A DNA stretch of 64,000 bases from Mobula hypostoma (Eukaryota), in NCBI RefSeq assembly GCF_963921235.1, contig NC_086105.1, positions 88,164,001-88,228,000 on the forward strand. The letters are read 5' to 3'. The position numbers were made by a program, and so were the translations under genes. The notes below the pieces were generated by a model. That model had not been told where the DNA came from. It made no database searches and saw only the letters and a list, made by a program, of their open reading frames with translations. Position 1 is the first letter of the stretch. Every line of letters starts with the position of its first letter. Shown here in pieces: positions 1 to 13,562 of this stretch.

Positions 1-1193
1 CCATTCCCATTTCCCTCTCTCAATGTATCTCCTGACCTGCCCATCACCTCCCCCTGGTGCTCCTCCCCTTTCCCTTTCTTTCATGGCATTCTTTTCTCTC
101 CTATCAGATTCCCTCTTCACCAGCCCTTCATCTTTCACCAATCGACTTCCCAGTTCTTTAATTCACCCCTCCCAGTTTCCCTATCACCTACTACCTTGTA
201 CATAAGAACATAAGAAATAGGAACAGGAGTAGGCCATCGAGCCCATCGAGCGTGCTCTGCCATTCAATAAGATCATGACTGATCTAGCCATGGACTCATC
301 TCCACCTACTTGCCTTTTCCCCATAGCCCTTAATTCCCCTACTATGCAAAAAATCTATCCAGCCTTCCTTAAGTGTATTTACTGAGGTAGCTTCCACTGT
401 TTCATTGGGCAGAGATTTCACCACCACTCTCTGGGAAAAGCAGTTCCTCTTCATCTCCATCCTAAATCTACTCCCTTGAATCTTGAGGCTATGTCCCCCG
501 GTTCTAGTCTTGCCTACCAGTGGAAACAACTTTCTTGCCTCTATCTGTAATTTTTTACCATTTAAACAATAACCTGCTCTGTCATTTTTCCTTTCAAAGT
601 GGATGACCTCGCATTTACCAGCGTTGTACTCCAGACCCTTGCCCACTCACTTAACCTATCTATATCTCTCTGCAGACTGTCCGTACCTTCTGCACAATCT
701 GCTATTCCACTCAATTTAGTATCATCAGCAAACTTACACTACACTTGGTCCCCTCTTCTAGATCATTAATGTGTATTGTGAACAGTTGTGGGCCCAGCAC
801 TGACCCCTGCGGCACACCGCTCACCACTGATTGTTAAACAGAGAAATACTCATGTATCCCAACTCTCTGCTTTCTATTAGTTAACCAATCCTCTGTCCAT
901 GCTAATACATCACCCCCAACTCTATGCATCCTTATTTTATGAATAAGTCTTTTATGTGGAACCTTATTGAACGCCTTCTGGAAATCCAAGTAAACAACAT
1001 ATTTCTTCCTCCCCTCACTCCACCTTCTTAGTCTGACTTCTCATCTTTTTTTCTCCAGTTCCAAGGATGAAGTGTCTCAGCCCAAAATGTCGACTGTTCA
1101 CTCTTTTCCATAGATGCTGCCTGGCCTGCTGAGTTCCTCTAGCATTTTGTGTGTATTGTTTGGATTTCCAGCATCTGCAGATTTTCTCTTGTT
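1..1193 (+). mobile_element. Penelope-like element 3' tail (1-200 and 1001-1193), split by a CR1 insertion
   Basis: CT-rich tail followed by ...GATGAAGTGTCTCAGCCCAAAATGTCGACTG...GATGCTGCCTGGCCTGCTGAGTTCCTCTAGCATTTTGTGTG. This is the same terminal sequence found downstream of the GIY-YIG ORF at 51363-52081. Confidence 0.6.
201..1000 (-). mobile_element. CR1-clade LINE 3' fragment
   Basis: Minus ORF 296-646 has the CR1 ORF2 C-terminal motifs KCEVIHF, TGGHSLKI and FSQRVV. Short tandem tail (cataagaa)n at 201. Confidence 0.8.
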
Positions 1194-1403
1194 GGTAATA
1201 TGCTGGCAAGGATTGAAAAAGTGGTTCGTAGACTGTAAACAGAGGAGCAAAATGGGTCTTTCAGGTGGCTGGTCCTGATTGGTGGGTTACTATATTGATC
1301 AGTGGTTACGGCCCCAGCTATTCATGATATAAACGGGTGAGGGTTGAAGGAATTTGAATGCAATATTTATAACAGCATGAAGCTAGGTGGGATTAAGAAC
1401 ATC

Positions 1404-3160
1404 GAGTATAGAAAATCTACAGCACATCACAGGCCTTCAGCCCACAATGTTGTACCGACCATGTAACCTATTCGAGAAGCTGTCTAGAATTTCCCTACCA
1501 CATTGTCTTCTATTTTTTTTAAGCTCCATGTATCTATCTAAGAGTCTCTTAAAAGACCCTATTGCATCTGTCTCTACCACCTTCACTGGCAGTGCATTCC
1601 ACGCATGCCTTTTCATGGCCTCTTCCAGCTCTCCTAGTTTCATTCTTGGGCTCCTTCCTGGCACCCTTGTAATTTTCTAGAGCTCTAGCTGTACCTAGTT
1701 TCTTGAACCTTTCGTATGCTTCTTCTTAACTAGATTTTCTACATCCTTTGTACACCATGGTTCTTTTACCCTACCACCCTTTCCCTGCCTCAATATAGAA
1801 CACTATACAAATGTTCCCTGATCATTTGCCACATTTTTGTTGTGCATTTCCCTGAGAACATCTGCTCCCAAGTTCCTGCCTAATGGTATCATTACCCTAC
1901 CCCAATTAAATGTTTCCCAAATTTTCTAGCCTATCCCTCTCCAGTGCTATTGTAAAGGAGATAGAGTTGTGATCACTACCTCCAAAATGCTCTCCCACTG
2001 AGAGATCTGACACCTGACCAGGTTCATTTCCCAATACCAGATCAAGTATGGCCTCTCTTCTAGTTGAGTTATCTACATATTGCGTCAGGAAACCTTAAAC
2101 ACACCCAACAAGCTCTAAGGAGATGCCAATCAATATTAGGAAAGTTAAAATCGCCCATCACATCAACCCTATTATTGCACCGTTCCAGAATCTGCCTCCC
2201 TATCTGCTCCTTGATGTCTCTGTTACTATTGGAGGGGGGTTTTTTTTATAAAAAAACATTCAGTAGAATTATTGCCCCTTTCCTGTTTCCGACTTCTACC
2301 CACAAAAACTCAGGAGACAATCCCTCCATGATTTCCTCCTTTTCTGCAGCCGTGATACTATCCCTAATCAACAGTGCCATGCCCTCACCTCTTTATCTCT
2401 CTCCCTGTCCTTTTTGAAACATCTAAAGCCTGGTACATTCAGCAGCCATTCCTGCCCCTAATTCATCCAAGTCTCTGTAATGGCTACATCATCATAGTTC
2501 CACGTATTGATCCACACTCTAACTCATCCACCTTGCTCATGATACTCCTTGCATTAAAATAGACAGATCTCAGACCATCTGGCTAAGTGCTTCTTTGCTC
2601 TTATCATTTGCCTACCCTTCCTCATAAACTCCCTACAAACTCCCTTCTCCACTTGTGTGCCAACCACCCCACCCTCTGCCTTTTCACTTCGGTCCTCACC
2701 CCCCTGTAAATCTAGTTTAAACCCTCCCCAACAGCATTAGCAAACCTCCCTCCCAGGATATTGGTTCCCCTCCAGTTCAGGTGCAACTCATCCCATTTGT
2801 ACAGGTCACGCCTTCCCCAGAAAAGTTTCCAATGATCCAAGAACTTGAAACCCTGTCCCCTGCACCATCTCCTCAGCCACTTATTCATCTGTGCTATCTT
2901 TCTGTCTGACCTTCACTAGCTCGTGGCACTGGGAGTAATCTGGAGATGACCACCTTGGAGGTCCTGCTCTTCAGCCTCCTTCCTCACTCCCTAAACCTGC
3001 TGTGCAGGACCTCTACCCCTCTCCTGCCTATGTCATTGGTACCAACATGTACCACAATTTCTGCTCACCCTCCCCTTCAAGAATATTCTGCAACTGCTCA
3101 GAGACATCCTGGACCCTAGTAACCGGGAGGCAACACACTATCCTAGTGTCTCTTCTGAGG
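1404..3160 (-). mobile_element. CR1-clade LINE fragments (3' end plus decayed endonuclease/ORF1 region)
   Basis: Minus ORF 1437-1664 (WNALP..VVE..SFKRLLDRYM). Upstream, decayed AP-endonuclease and esterase-like ORF1 remnants. Confidence 0.65.
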
Positions 3161-4363
3161 AGAAAGTTAATTAGCTTTAAGATGATTTTGAGAAGTACAT
3201 ACCAGATGTAATGTGGCATACATAAATGAGGTTGTAAATGTGACAATAAATACTGGTGTTTGGAGAGATTTGCCAAATACTGAACATGTATTTCAAAGAT
3301 ATGTATCCAGCAACAGCGAGTAATTAGGAAAGCAAAAGGGATGTTGATATTCATTATAAGAAGAGTGGAGTCTAAACCTGGAAAATCTTCCTACAGCTGT
3401 CCAGGACTTCATAAAGACAAAGTGCTGTTGAGAGATTTGGTTGTTCATTTCAGTAAGATAGAAGGTTGACTGCTGGAATAAATGGGTTGTCTAATGAGGA
3501 AAAATTGCTGATTCCAGCAGCTGCAGTCCCTTGTGCTTCATAAAATTGAATGGGTTTGGCCTCTACCCTAGGATCTATGAAAGGTGATGTGCTTTGAAGG
3601 CAGTTCTTCTGGCAGGACCATCTCAAATGAGAGGACACTTTGGGGATAAAAAGATGCTCATTTAATTTGTAGTTGACATAAAACATTTTTTCTCTGCATT
3701 GTGACTGTACCTCAGAGAGCCTTGGATGTTCAGTCATCATTAAGTATATTCAAGTCTGAGGTAGATTGTTTTGAATTAAAGGTAGTAAGGATTCTGGAGA
3801 TCAGACAAGAAAGCTGGATTGAGACCAATGCTTAACAATTAACTTATTGCTCACTAGGGTATGTATAGTCTATTCCTGTGCCCGTTTCTTAAAATTATTC
3901 ATGGAATTGAGCAAATATTGCTACTTTAGTGCATTGTATTGATGAAATGGGGTACTAATCTTGCTGCTCCCATTGTTACAAAGCTTTTCTTCCCATTTGG
4001 TGATAGAATTGGGACACAACTGAGCTAAGGTGACAATGGTCATGCTTAATGCTTAAGATTTTTGAGGAGTGTTTTTAAAGACAAAATACTTGGTTATGTT
4101 GTAGCTTTAGTAATAAAATAAAAAGCTGAAAACATTCAACACTGAGGTGACATTTCATATTGAAGTTCTTTTGAAGACCCTGGTCTGATGGAGGGTCTTC
4201 AACCTGAAGCATTAGCACCATTTCTCCTTGAACAGATGCTTACTGACCTGTTGAATGTTTTCAGCATGTTTATTTCAAATTTCTGGCGTCTTTGATTCAT
4301 CTGATTTTCAGTGTTTACTCTGGTTTGCATTAAATTGTTGAAATTCCTCCCTCATACATACAG

Positions 4364-4485
4364 CCGATAGGGAGTTCATTGAATCTCGGCGGCGAGCTCT
4401 GAAGCGTTTTGTTAACTTGGTGGCTCGTCATCCATTTTTCTCCAAAGATGAAATTCTGCAGATTTTCCTGTGTTTCAGTGGTCCT
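4364..4485 (+). CDS. SNX8: Sorting nexin 8, internal exon (end of PX domain)
   Basis: cag|CC...CCT|gtgagt, 122 nt. Encodes (A)DREFIESRRRALKRFVNLVARHPFFSKDEILQIFLCFSGP, recognisable as vertebrate SNX8. Confidence 0.95.
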
Positions 4486-4539
4486 GTGAGTATTAACTAA
4501 AATGACTGCTTTAATTGGGTTGTTTCTTGGGTATTTTAT

Positions 4540-4870
4540 TTATGTAGTGATACACCATGGAGTAGGCCCTTCCAGCCATTCAAACCACACTGCCCAGCAA
4601 CCCCCCACCCCTACCCCAACAAACTCAGTTAACCCTAACCTAATCACGGGACAATTTACAATGTACGTCTTTGGACTGCGGGAGTAAACCAGAGCACCAG
4701 GGAAAAATCTACATATTCCACCAGGAGGATATACAGAAACTCCTTGGAGAATTGAACTCTAAACTGTGGAACCCCCAGAATTGTAATAGCGTCATGCTAA
4801 CTGCTACACTACCGTGAAGGTGATCTCTGGAATGCCCTGAGCTGCAGTAGTGTCACACTAACTGCTACAC
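4540..4870 (-). mobile_element. SINE (V-SINE-like) remnant
   Basis: GTCTTTGGACTGCGGGAGTAAACCAGAGCACC resembles the reverse complement of the fish V-SINE core (GGTGCTCCGGTTTCCTCCCACA). Confidence 0.55.
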
Positions 4871-5497
4871 CACCATGGAGGTTTAAATTGACTGAGGAAA
4901 AACTGAGAACTGTTTTCTGCCTACATCCCATCAAAGTTACTGTGTTGAAGAAAGACCATGCACCACCACCTATAGATGATGGGGAAAAGCAATTCTTTTG
5001 AATGGACACCATGCTACAGGATCCCAGAAATGGGTAGGGGGAAGGTGAGAGGGATCTGTAATTGATGCAGTCAAATGGAAATGATTTTTAATATCTTGAT
5101 GTCTTTATAGCTAGCAACAAATGGAATTGATCTGTCCCATTCCACTTTGCTTACCACAGTCAGCATGCTGAGAATAATATTTCCATTAATATATGATTTG
5201 GGTTCTTTTTTGTTTTTGGAATAAAAGCATTGCCTATCTTTGCACCGCTGATGTGCCAAATGTCTGGTTTGGATCTGTGTGACTCCCAGTCCTGCATCAT
5301 TGTGGCTGTCTTAACAGCCTTCCAGAATGATGGAGCAAACATCAGGTGCACAGAACTGCTGTGCTATCTTCGTGCCATTCACTCAACCAATGAGAAATAT
5401 GCAATAAATGCTGCCTTTGATTTTTATAAAATGCTAATTAAAACTGACTCTTTGAAACATGATTTTCAAGGTTTTTTGTGTTTTTTTTCCTTTAAAG

Positions 5498-5578
5498 GAT
5501 GTTCAAAATAAAATCCGTGAATCATTGCGAGGAATGGGTGATGAGTTCCTGACATGTGGAATTGCACCAACAGCCAAG
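5498..5578 (+). CDS. SNX8: Sorting nexin 8, internal exon
   Basis: Polypyrimidine tract, aag|GAT...AAG|gtaatg, 81 nt. Encodes DVQNKIRESLRGMGDEFLTCGIAPTAK; phase is consistent with neighbouring exons. Confidence 0.93.
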
Positions 5579-6269
5579 GTAATGTTTTGAACCTTGGTGT
5601 TATACTTGTAACTTCCTCAGCTGGGCACTGTTGGTTTTGCTACATATGATCTTTATGTTGCGTGTATAGCAAGTATAAGGAAGTCCAAGTACTGCAGGTG
5701 CTAGAAATGCTCAATTGTCAGGCAGCTCCTGTGAAGAGATAAACAGTTAATATTTCTGATCAATGACCTTTTATCAGAACCAGAAAAGCAAGAAAATAAG
5801 CATCTTTTGAAGTTGCGGAGAAGAGGAGAGGTGGAGAGAATATGCAATGTCTATGACAGCATGGATTGTCCAGGTGGCACAGATCCTGTCAGTTTCTTGT
5901 AAGAGCGGATGAAGAATCCTTGTATTTACAGCTAATCTGACTGGAGGAGATGATGAAGGGCAGTTAAAAGAAAGAAAAATGCTGGAAATGTGAGACGTAA
6001 AATAGAGCAACCAATAGAAACTTGAAATAAAAACAGGATAGTGGAAATACTAGATCATTTCTTAACTATACAGAGAGAAACTGAGGAAATATTGTAGATG
6101 GATGAACTTGCTTCAAAATTCTTTCTTACGAACAGGAAAAACTAGTAATTTGAAATCTTTGAATTCAGCATTGAGTCTTGAGGTCTGTAATATTGAAGAT
6201 AAAGTGCTCTTCCTCTAAGTTACTTTGGTCTTTGTTGCTACAATATAGGAAGACAAATTTGTAGTATGC

Positions 6270-7890
6270 TGGAAGTTTGAGAGTGTCAATGGCAGAAGTG
6301 AGTGCAGTTGCTATTACTAGGGAGATGATGCTGGGGAAACTGAAAGGTCTAAAGGGAGATGAGCCATCTGGATCTGATCAGCTACACCCAGGGTTCTAAA
6401 AGAAGTAGCAGAAGAGGTTGTGGAGGGGAAGTAGTGATCTTTTAAGAATCAATAGATTCTGGCATGGTTCCAGAGGACTGGAAAATTACAAATGTTACTC
6501 CACTCTTTCAAGAAGGGAGGGAGGCAGAAGAAAGGAAATTAGCTTGACATTCGTGATTGGGAGGATGTTTGAGTCAATTATTAAGTATGTGGTTTCGGAG
6601 TACTTGGAGGCACATGACCAAATAGGCCAAAGTCAGCATGGTTTCCTTATGGGAAAATCTTGCGTGACAAATCTGTTGGAATTCTTTAAGGAAATAACAA
6701 GCAGGATAGACAAATGAAAATTAGCTGTTTTGTACTTGGAGTTCCAGAAGGCTTTGACAAGGTGCTGCACATGAGGCTGCTAAACAGGATGAGAGCTCAG
6801 GATGTGACAGGAAAGATACTTGCATGGATAGAACATTGGCTGATTGGGAGGAGGTGAAGATTGGGGGGGGGGGGAAGGAGTCCTCTTTGGATTGTTTGCC
6901 AATGTCTAGTAGTGTTCCACAGGGGTCTGTGTTGGGACTGCTTTTTACGTTGTATTCCAATGATTTGGATGATGAAATTGATGGCTTTGTGGCTAAGTCT
7001 GCAGACAATTCAAAGATAGGTGGCAGGGCAGGTAGTATTCAGGAAACAGAGAGGCTGCAGAAGGGCTTGGATTAGGAGAATGGGAAAAGAGGTGGCAGAT
7101 GGAATATCATGTGGAGAAGTGTATGATCATGAACTTTGGTAGAAGGAATAAAAGCATAGACTATTTTCTAAATGAGGAGGAAATTCAAACATGTGAGGTG
7201 CAAAGGGATTTGGGAGTCCTCATACAGGATTCCCTAAAGGTTAATTTGCAGGTTGAATTGGTGGTGAGAAAGGCGAATGCAATGTTAGCATTCTTTTCAG
7301 GAGACAGAATATAAAAGCAAAGATGTAATGCTGAGGCTGTATAAGGCACTCATGAGGCCTTACTTGGGGTATTGAGAGAGTTTTGGGTCCCTAATTTAAG
7401 AAAGGATGTGCTGACATTTGAGGGGGTTCAGAGGAGGTTCATAGAATGATTGTGGGAATGGCATGCGAGCAGTTATTGAAGGCTCAGGACTTGTACTCAC
7501 TAGAATTTAGAAGAATGAGGGGGGATCTCACTGAATCTTATCAAATGTTGAAAGGCCTTGATAGAATGGATGTGAAGAGGATGTTTCCTTTGGTGGGGGA
7601 GTCTAGGACCAGTGGGCACAGCCTCAAAATAAAAGGATGTCTTTTTAGAATAGAGATGAGGAATTTCTTTAGCCAGAGGATGGTGAATCTATGGAATTTG
7701 TTGCCAGAGGCGGCTGTGGAATCCAGGTCACTGGGTAATTTTAAGGTGGAGGTTGGTAGCTTCTTGATTAGTCGGTATGAAAGGTTACGTGGAGAAGGCA
7801 AGAGAATGCAGCTGAGGGAAATAGATCAGCCATGATGAAATGGTGGAGCAGACACAATGGATCAAATGGCCTAATTCTGCTCCTATGTCT
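6270..7890 (+). mobile_element. CR1-clade LINE, decayed reverse transcriptase to 3' end
   Basis: ORF pieces [40 protein letters not shown] and FFSQRMVNLWN, with stops and frameshifts. Confidence 0.85.
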
Positions 7891-8675
7891 TGTAAGGATG
7901 AGGTGAAAGGTCAGATGTTGCACTTCCTGCAGTTGGATGGGAAAATTCTAAGAAGGGGGTAATTGCTGGAGATGGAAGAATACACTGGAAAGTCAGAGAA
8001 TGTCTCTTCAGAATGCTGAAACAGGAGGTAGAGCTGTGTCTGACGGTTGAATCTTATTCACAATAGAGGGTAATAAGTTGAATGTGGAGGTATTTGAAGT
8101 AGAAGATAGGAATGCGGCAAACTATCTTGGAGGAATAGAGAAGATGAAAGCAGAAATGTGGCAAATAGAAGTGTTTGTTTAGAGTAATGGAACCAATGTT
8201 GTGGGGCACAAGAAGCGGAGAATGTCATGAGTTCCTTTTTGGCAGCGTGATGGTTAGAGTTTATAATCAGGTGTCGTTGTACTGGTGTAGGTCACTCTCC
8301 TATTGGTAACAATTTTTAAGTTTTCAAATCAAAGTTCTATGCAATTAGTTTAAATGAATGAAAGGATCTGTGTTCTGCTTTTTGGAACTAAGGCTAGTCA
8401 AATGGTGCATCGGATGGTCCACAGATTTGCTCTTCCGTTAAGGCTAATCTGTAACTTGGTTCCATTTGTCCAATTTTGATCTGTTTCCTTTAATGTTCTT
8501 CCCAACATTCCTGTACATCATTTATGAAAAATAAGTACCTTTTTTTATTTTGAAGGAGAGAAGGTATTGCAATAAAATTATTAGATTATTTAGTGAGTAA
8601 AAAGCAAACTGCTGGAGAAACTCCGTTTAGGCATCTGACTCCTGATGAGGAGCTTGATCCAAAATGTTGATTGTC

Positions 8676-9240
8676 AAGTCAAGTCACTTTTTTATTGTAA
8701 TTTCAACCATAACTGCTGGTACAGAACATAGTAAAAATGAGACAACATTTTCCAGGACCATGGTGCTACATGAAACAATACAAAAACTACACTGAACTAC
8801 GTAAAACAAAACACAAAAACTACACTGGACTACAGACCTATCCAGGACTGCATAAAGTGCACAAAGCAGTGCAGGCATTACAATAAATAATAACAAATAA
8901 TAAACAAGACAGTAGAGTAGAGGGTATAGTAGGTTGGTGTCAAGCCAGGCTCTGGGTATTGAGGAGTCTAATGGCTTTAGGGGAAGAAACTGTTACGTAG
9001 TCTGGTTGTGAGAGCCCGAATGCTTCGGTGCCTTTTTCCAGATGGCAGGAGGAAGAAGAGTTTATATGAGGGGTGTGTGGGATCCTTCATAATGCTGTTT
9101 GCTTTGCGGATGCAGCGTGTGGTGTAAATGTCTGTGATGGCGGGAAGAGAGACCCCGATGATCTCAGCTGACCTCACTATCTGCTGTGGGGTCTTGCGAT
9201 CCGAGATGGTACAATTTCCGAACTAGGCCGTGATGTAGCT
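8676..9240 (-). mobile_element. Rex1/Babar-type LINE 3' fragment, nested in a hairpin repeat
   Basis: Minus ORF 8977-9177 (KDPTHPSYKLFFLLPSGKRHRSIRALTTRLRNSFFP) and (acttg)n tail. Flanks 8600-8675 and 9240-9330 are the two halves of a Penelope-tail hairpin element. Confidence 0.7.
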
Positions 9241-9836
9241 CTCTGTATCCAGAGTTGTTGCCCGACCTGCTGAGCTCCTCCAGCAGTTTTTGTTTGCTGT
9301 GGATTACAGCATCTGCAGTCTCTTGTGTCTATGGATAATCAAGTTGGTTGAGGACTAAATATTGGCACCAAGGAGAATTTCTCTCCACTGGTCCTCTGTC
9401 CAGCAGAAAGAGTAGGTAGGGCATTTCATTCAAAATTCACTACCTCCAGCTATGTAGCATTCTTCAATATTGTATTTGTGTTTCTGTCTGGAACTAGGAC
9501 CCATAAAATTCTAATTCAGTACCACAGAGACTGAAATGTAGAGCAGGAAGTGTTTAGCTGAGCAGGTAGTCATCTGTGAACAAAGAATCATTAACATTTT
9601 GGACCAAGAACTCAATCAGAACTAGAAAAGTTAACAGATGAGTGTGTTTTTAAGTTGCGGGGAAAGAGAGGTGGAGACATTGTGGGGAATATGGAAAATA
9701 GTTACTCTAGCGTGGAAAACATCATAGCATTTTCTAAAACTGATTTGCTTCAAGAAAAAAAGTGGCGAATTTTCTTTTTGTTGAAGGAAGCTAATGATTT
9801 CATTGTTTTGATTTTACCTTTTTGCCCAAAATGCAG

Positions 9837-9997
9837 GAACTTCTGCCTCCAGATATCCAGGCTCAGTTTGGTGCCAGCAGGGAACTGATACGAAACATTT
9901 ACAGCAGCTTCCATAAGCTAAGGGACCGGGCAGAGAGGATGGCATTTAGATCTGCTGAAAACGCTTCTGATCTCCTGCTGTTCGGCAAGGAGTTGAG
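9837..9997 (+). CDS. SNX8: Sorting nexin 8, internal exon (BAR domain), GC donor
   Basis: cag|GAA...TTG AG|gcaagg, 161 nt. Encodes ELLPPDIQAQFGASRELIRNIYSSFHKLRDRAERMAFRSAENASDLLLFGKEL(S). Confidence 0.93.
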
Positions 9998-11857
9998 GCA
10001 AGGATTGAGCGATTCTCCATATCTGACTATATAATACATACTCCTTTATAAATCAGAGCAACTTCCCCTTTTGCAGAGGGTACAAGTAATTAACATAAAA
10101 GCTTCTGTATCTTTTAATAGCCTGCATAATGAAGTAATGCTTAATTACTTATTCTCACTTCTGCTAATAAATCCTATCCTCTAGCTTATAGGAAAAGTAT
10201 AGACTTCACCAACTCTTTTTGTCACAGAGCCTTTGAGCTTCGGTGTTCGCTCGCAATGCCGAGAAGTGCACTTACTGTTTCTGTGCTTGGGGGAGAGTGG
10301 GTGGAAGAACTGAGTTAAGCTGAGGTCATTGCTTCCAAGATCCACATGGAACAGCGCATACTTGGTTACAAAGCCAGCTCAGACGACGAAAAAAGGGAAA
10401 CGACAGCAGAAAATGGAACACTATGGTGATAACAAGCTGGCAGTTGTGATCTTGCAGGATTTAAGGAAGTTTAAGGATATGAAGTGGATGGTGTGTGCGT
10501 GGCAAGAGATTGTTTGTAATTATTATTTTCCTTGCTATGCAGTATTATGAGGGTACAGTGTGCAAATGGTCCTCGAGCTTCCATCCGTGGAGTGAGTAGA
10601 AGTTAATTTAATGATTCAAAGGCTCAAATAATGATTTGTGGAAACGCAAGTGCAATTAGAAAGAGTAGGTCAGAGACTCGGACAGAATACAAGTTAGTTG
10701 TTAGTTTCTCACCAGTCAGTGTGATTGGAAACAGCTGCAGCTTGCTGTTATTTGCTGGATGAGGTCAAGATTGGTTTATGGAGAGTTTGAAGTTGCTGGG
10801 TTGGTGACTGAACAAGGCTTAAAATAGTAACAACCGTCCTCCTGGAGAAGGTAGGAATACTCGAGGGTCGGGGGGGCGCGGGGAAGAGAAGCTTGGAAGG
10901 TGGGGGCATCTTTTTGTGATCAGGAAAATAGTTTTGGCATGTCACAGGAAGGAAATGCTTGTGCTAATGGAACTCAGATCTGCAGACTTGAGGGAACTGA
11001 TTGAAGCTGAGTAAAATGAATTTGGATGCATAACTTTTCACTTGGCAAACAAGGTCCAATTGTTTTTAACGTCAGTTTGCTTTCAAAGTATGAACTTGCA
11101 ATTGTATAACAGCTGCTTTAGGCTTGGGCTATTCCAATACAGTATTCTGCAGCCACTGAAATATTCCTGAAGTGTAACCATTGTTAAATAAACAGTTGGC
11201 TACAGATTCATAGGCTATAACATTTAATGTCACAAAAATATGCCAAGGCATTTTACAGAAGTATTTTCAGAGAAAAACTTTGCTGGTTAGCTGCAAAGAA
11301 AAGTGACTGAAGATGTGCTCAAAAATATTTTAAGAAGCATCTTTAAAAAAGAGAGAAGAGCTTGGCAGAACATGCAACTTGGTTGCCAATAATGGAAAAT
11401 TAAAATTGCCAATAACAAGAGGTCAGATTGAAGCAATTATGAAAATTGTCGACTTTACTGATTTCTTTGAATCCATGAAGACTAACTTGTCATTCTTTTT
11501 TTTGTCCAGTTTAATTTGTAATTTATAGTAATTTTTATGACTTTGCAGTGTATTGCTGCAAAGTTTCACATCATACAAGTCAGTGATAAGCAACTTGATT
11601 CTGATTCTATAACAGTAGCATCACTGGCAATGCCAGCATCTGTAATTTTCTCTAGTTGCCCAAATTGTTGTGCTGAGCCGTCAGTTTAAACTGATATTAC
11701 CAGGTTGATGAAATTACTTCCACATCATCCTTGGGTTGGAAGTTTTTGTTCTGATGGCTGGTATGTTCATATGATATAGTGGTGGTGTTTTCTTTTTTAA
11801 AAATATTTTGATGCCAGTAACTGAAATTTTGTTTCCTCTCCTCACTTTGTGCCTCAG

Positions 11858-11990
11858 TACTCTGGGCTCTGACACAACACCAGTTCCATCGTGGGCATTG
11901 GCTACAAGCAGCATGTGGGGAACCTTGAAGCAAACGCTTAAAAGCTTATCTGTGGAGTTTGCATTACTTGCTGATAAAGCTGCAAGGCAG
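11858..11990 (+). CDS. SNX8: Sorting nexin 8, internal exon
   Basis: cag|T ACT...CAG|gtaggt, 133 nt. Encodes (S)TLGSDTTPVPSWALATSSMWGTLKQTLKSLSVEFALLADKAARQ. Confidence 0.95.
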
Positions 11991-12213
11991 GTAGGTCCAA
12001 TAATTAATTACTGTCTTGCACCACTGGTTAACATGAGGATTGGTCTGACATTTTCTTTTAGAAATTGTTATGCCCCGGGGGGGACTTCCGGGTCATCAAG
12101 GGAATGGCGGCGTAAGGAAAAGGTCTCTCGACAAAAAAGAAGGTAAACTGCCCCAAAATCGAATTTAGACAAATACTTAATATTGCATAACTATATTAAT
12201 AAAAGGGGCAAGG

Positions 12214-13200
12214 ATGATGTCTAAGAACAAGAATAAAAAGTCCGCTTCGAAGACTGATAAACATAAAGAGATGCAGCAAGGCGAAGGGCCTAGCTCTCCC
12301 ACGGCAAGCCAGGACGGAGATAATGAGGGGGAATCGGTGACTCTGTCTTTGATTCTCGGAGAGATTCGCAAGTTCCGACAAGATAACAGCAAACAGCTGG
12401 AAGATATTAAAGGAGAAATAGTAAAAACTAACTCGCGGATAGATGAAGCCGAAGTGAGGATTGTTGGAATTGAAGAGAAGCTACAAAATGCCGAGGAAGG
12501 GATAGCAGAAATGCTGAAGCTACAAGACCAACTCCAGTGGAAACTAATAGATCAAGAAGGCCGCTCGAGAAGGGAAAATGTGAGGATCTACGGAGTTCCC
12601 GAAGGAACCGAAGGTAAACCCGGATTGATGATTCCCTTCGTGGAGAAGCTGCTTAGAGAGAACCTTGATATGCCGGCCGCAAAAGACCTACAGATAGAAA
12701 GGGCTCACCGCGCGTTGGCACCACAGCCTCCGGCAGGCGCCCAGCCCAGATCGATTCTGATCAGATTTCTCAGTTACAGAACGAAGGAAGAGGTGCTTAA
12801 AAGAGCATGGCAAAAGAAAGGTTTCATGTGGAACAACTGTAAAATCAGTTTAGACCACAACTACGCACCGGGGATTCTTGCCAGACGGAAGGAATATACG
12901 GAAACACGGAGAGTCCTGAAGGAAAACAACATCAGATTCCAGACCCTGTATCCAGCTCGGCTGAGAGTCTTTTACGACGAAGGGACAAAAACTTACGCTA
13001 CGGTGGAGGAGGCAACGTCGGACCTGGCGGACCGGGGACTACCTATTAAAGTTATCACCCAACTGGAGTCGCTACTGGAGAGGATTCGGCAGAAGTCGTG
13101 GCAGTTAGTGGGGCGAGGACGCTCCACTCGAAACAGAGTGTCAAACTACAAGGAAAAGCTGCAAATATTCAGACGCGAATGTACAGAGAATACAGATTAA
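12214..13200 (+). CDS. L1 ORF1p (coiled coil, RRM, CTD), intact 328 aa
   Basis: Heptad coiled-coil region followed by the L1 ORF1 motifs EGRSRRENVRIYGVPE, IERAHR, PRSILIRF and YPARL. Confidence 0.9.
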   Translation: MMSKNKNKKSASKTDKHKEMQQGEGPSSPTASQDGDNEGESVTLSLILGEIRKFRQDNSKQLEDIKGEIVKTNSRIDEAEVRIVGIEEKLQNAEEGIAEMLKLQDQLQWKLIDQEGRSRRENVRIYGVPEGTEGKPGLMIPFVEKLLRENLDMPAAKDLQIERAHRALAPQPPAGAQPRSILIRFLSYRTKEEVLKRAWQKKGFMWNNCKISLDHNYAPGILARRKEYTETRRVLKENNIRFQTLYPARLRVFYDEGTKTYATVEEATSDLADRGLPIKVITQLESLLERIRQKSWQLVGRGRSTRNRVSNYKEKLQIFRRECTENTD

Positions 13201-13562
13201 TTAAGAGAAATGACTGAAAAGAGTAAATCGGACTTAAAAGTAAAATGAAAACTGGTAATTGAAAATAATCTAGGTGGAATAACTTGAATGATAGCAATAT
13301 GGTCGAGACATAAATAGGAGAAAATTCTCTATGATTATTCAAACTGCTGAGGGCCCTCTAACACAGGGTGAAGATAGAGGTTATCCCTCTGAACTGAGGC
13401 GGGTCGGTGCTCAGGCCTCACTGTGGGAAGTCGGGGAAAATTTTCAAATGTTATACGTTCAGAAATGTCTAAGGTGTGGTTATATGTCTTGGTTTACTGT
13501 TGAGAAGGGATTGCTTACTGTTTGGTTAGAAAAGGAGAGTGCTTTTTTTCTACTAGAGAAAA

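Noticed and set aside
4540-4870. Possible tRNA gene
   Set aside because: SINE remnant; no complete cloverleaf can be built.
11808-12146. 112-aa ORF spanning an SNX8 exon and the L1 5' end
   Set aside because: It is intron, exon and intron read-through; only 11858-11990 is SNX8-like and it is bounded by canonical splice sites.
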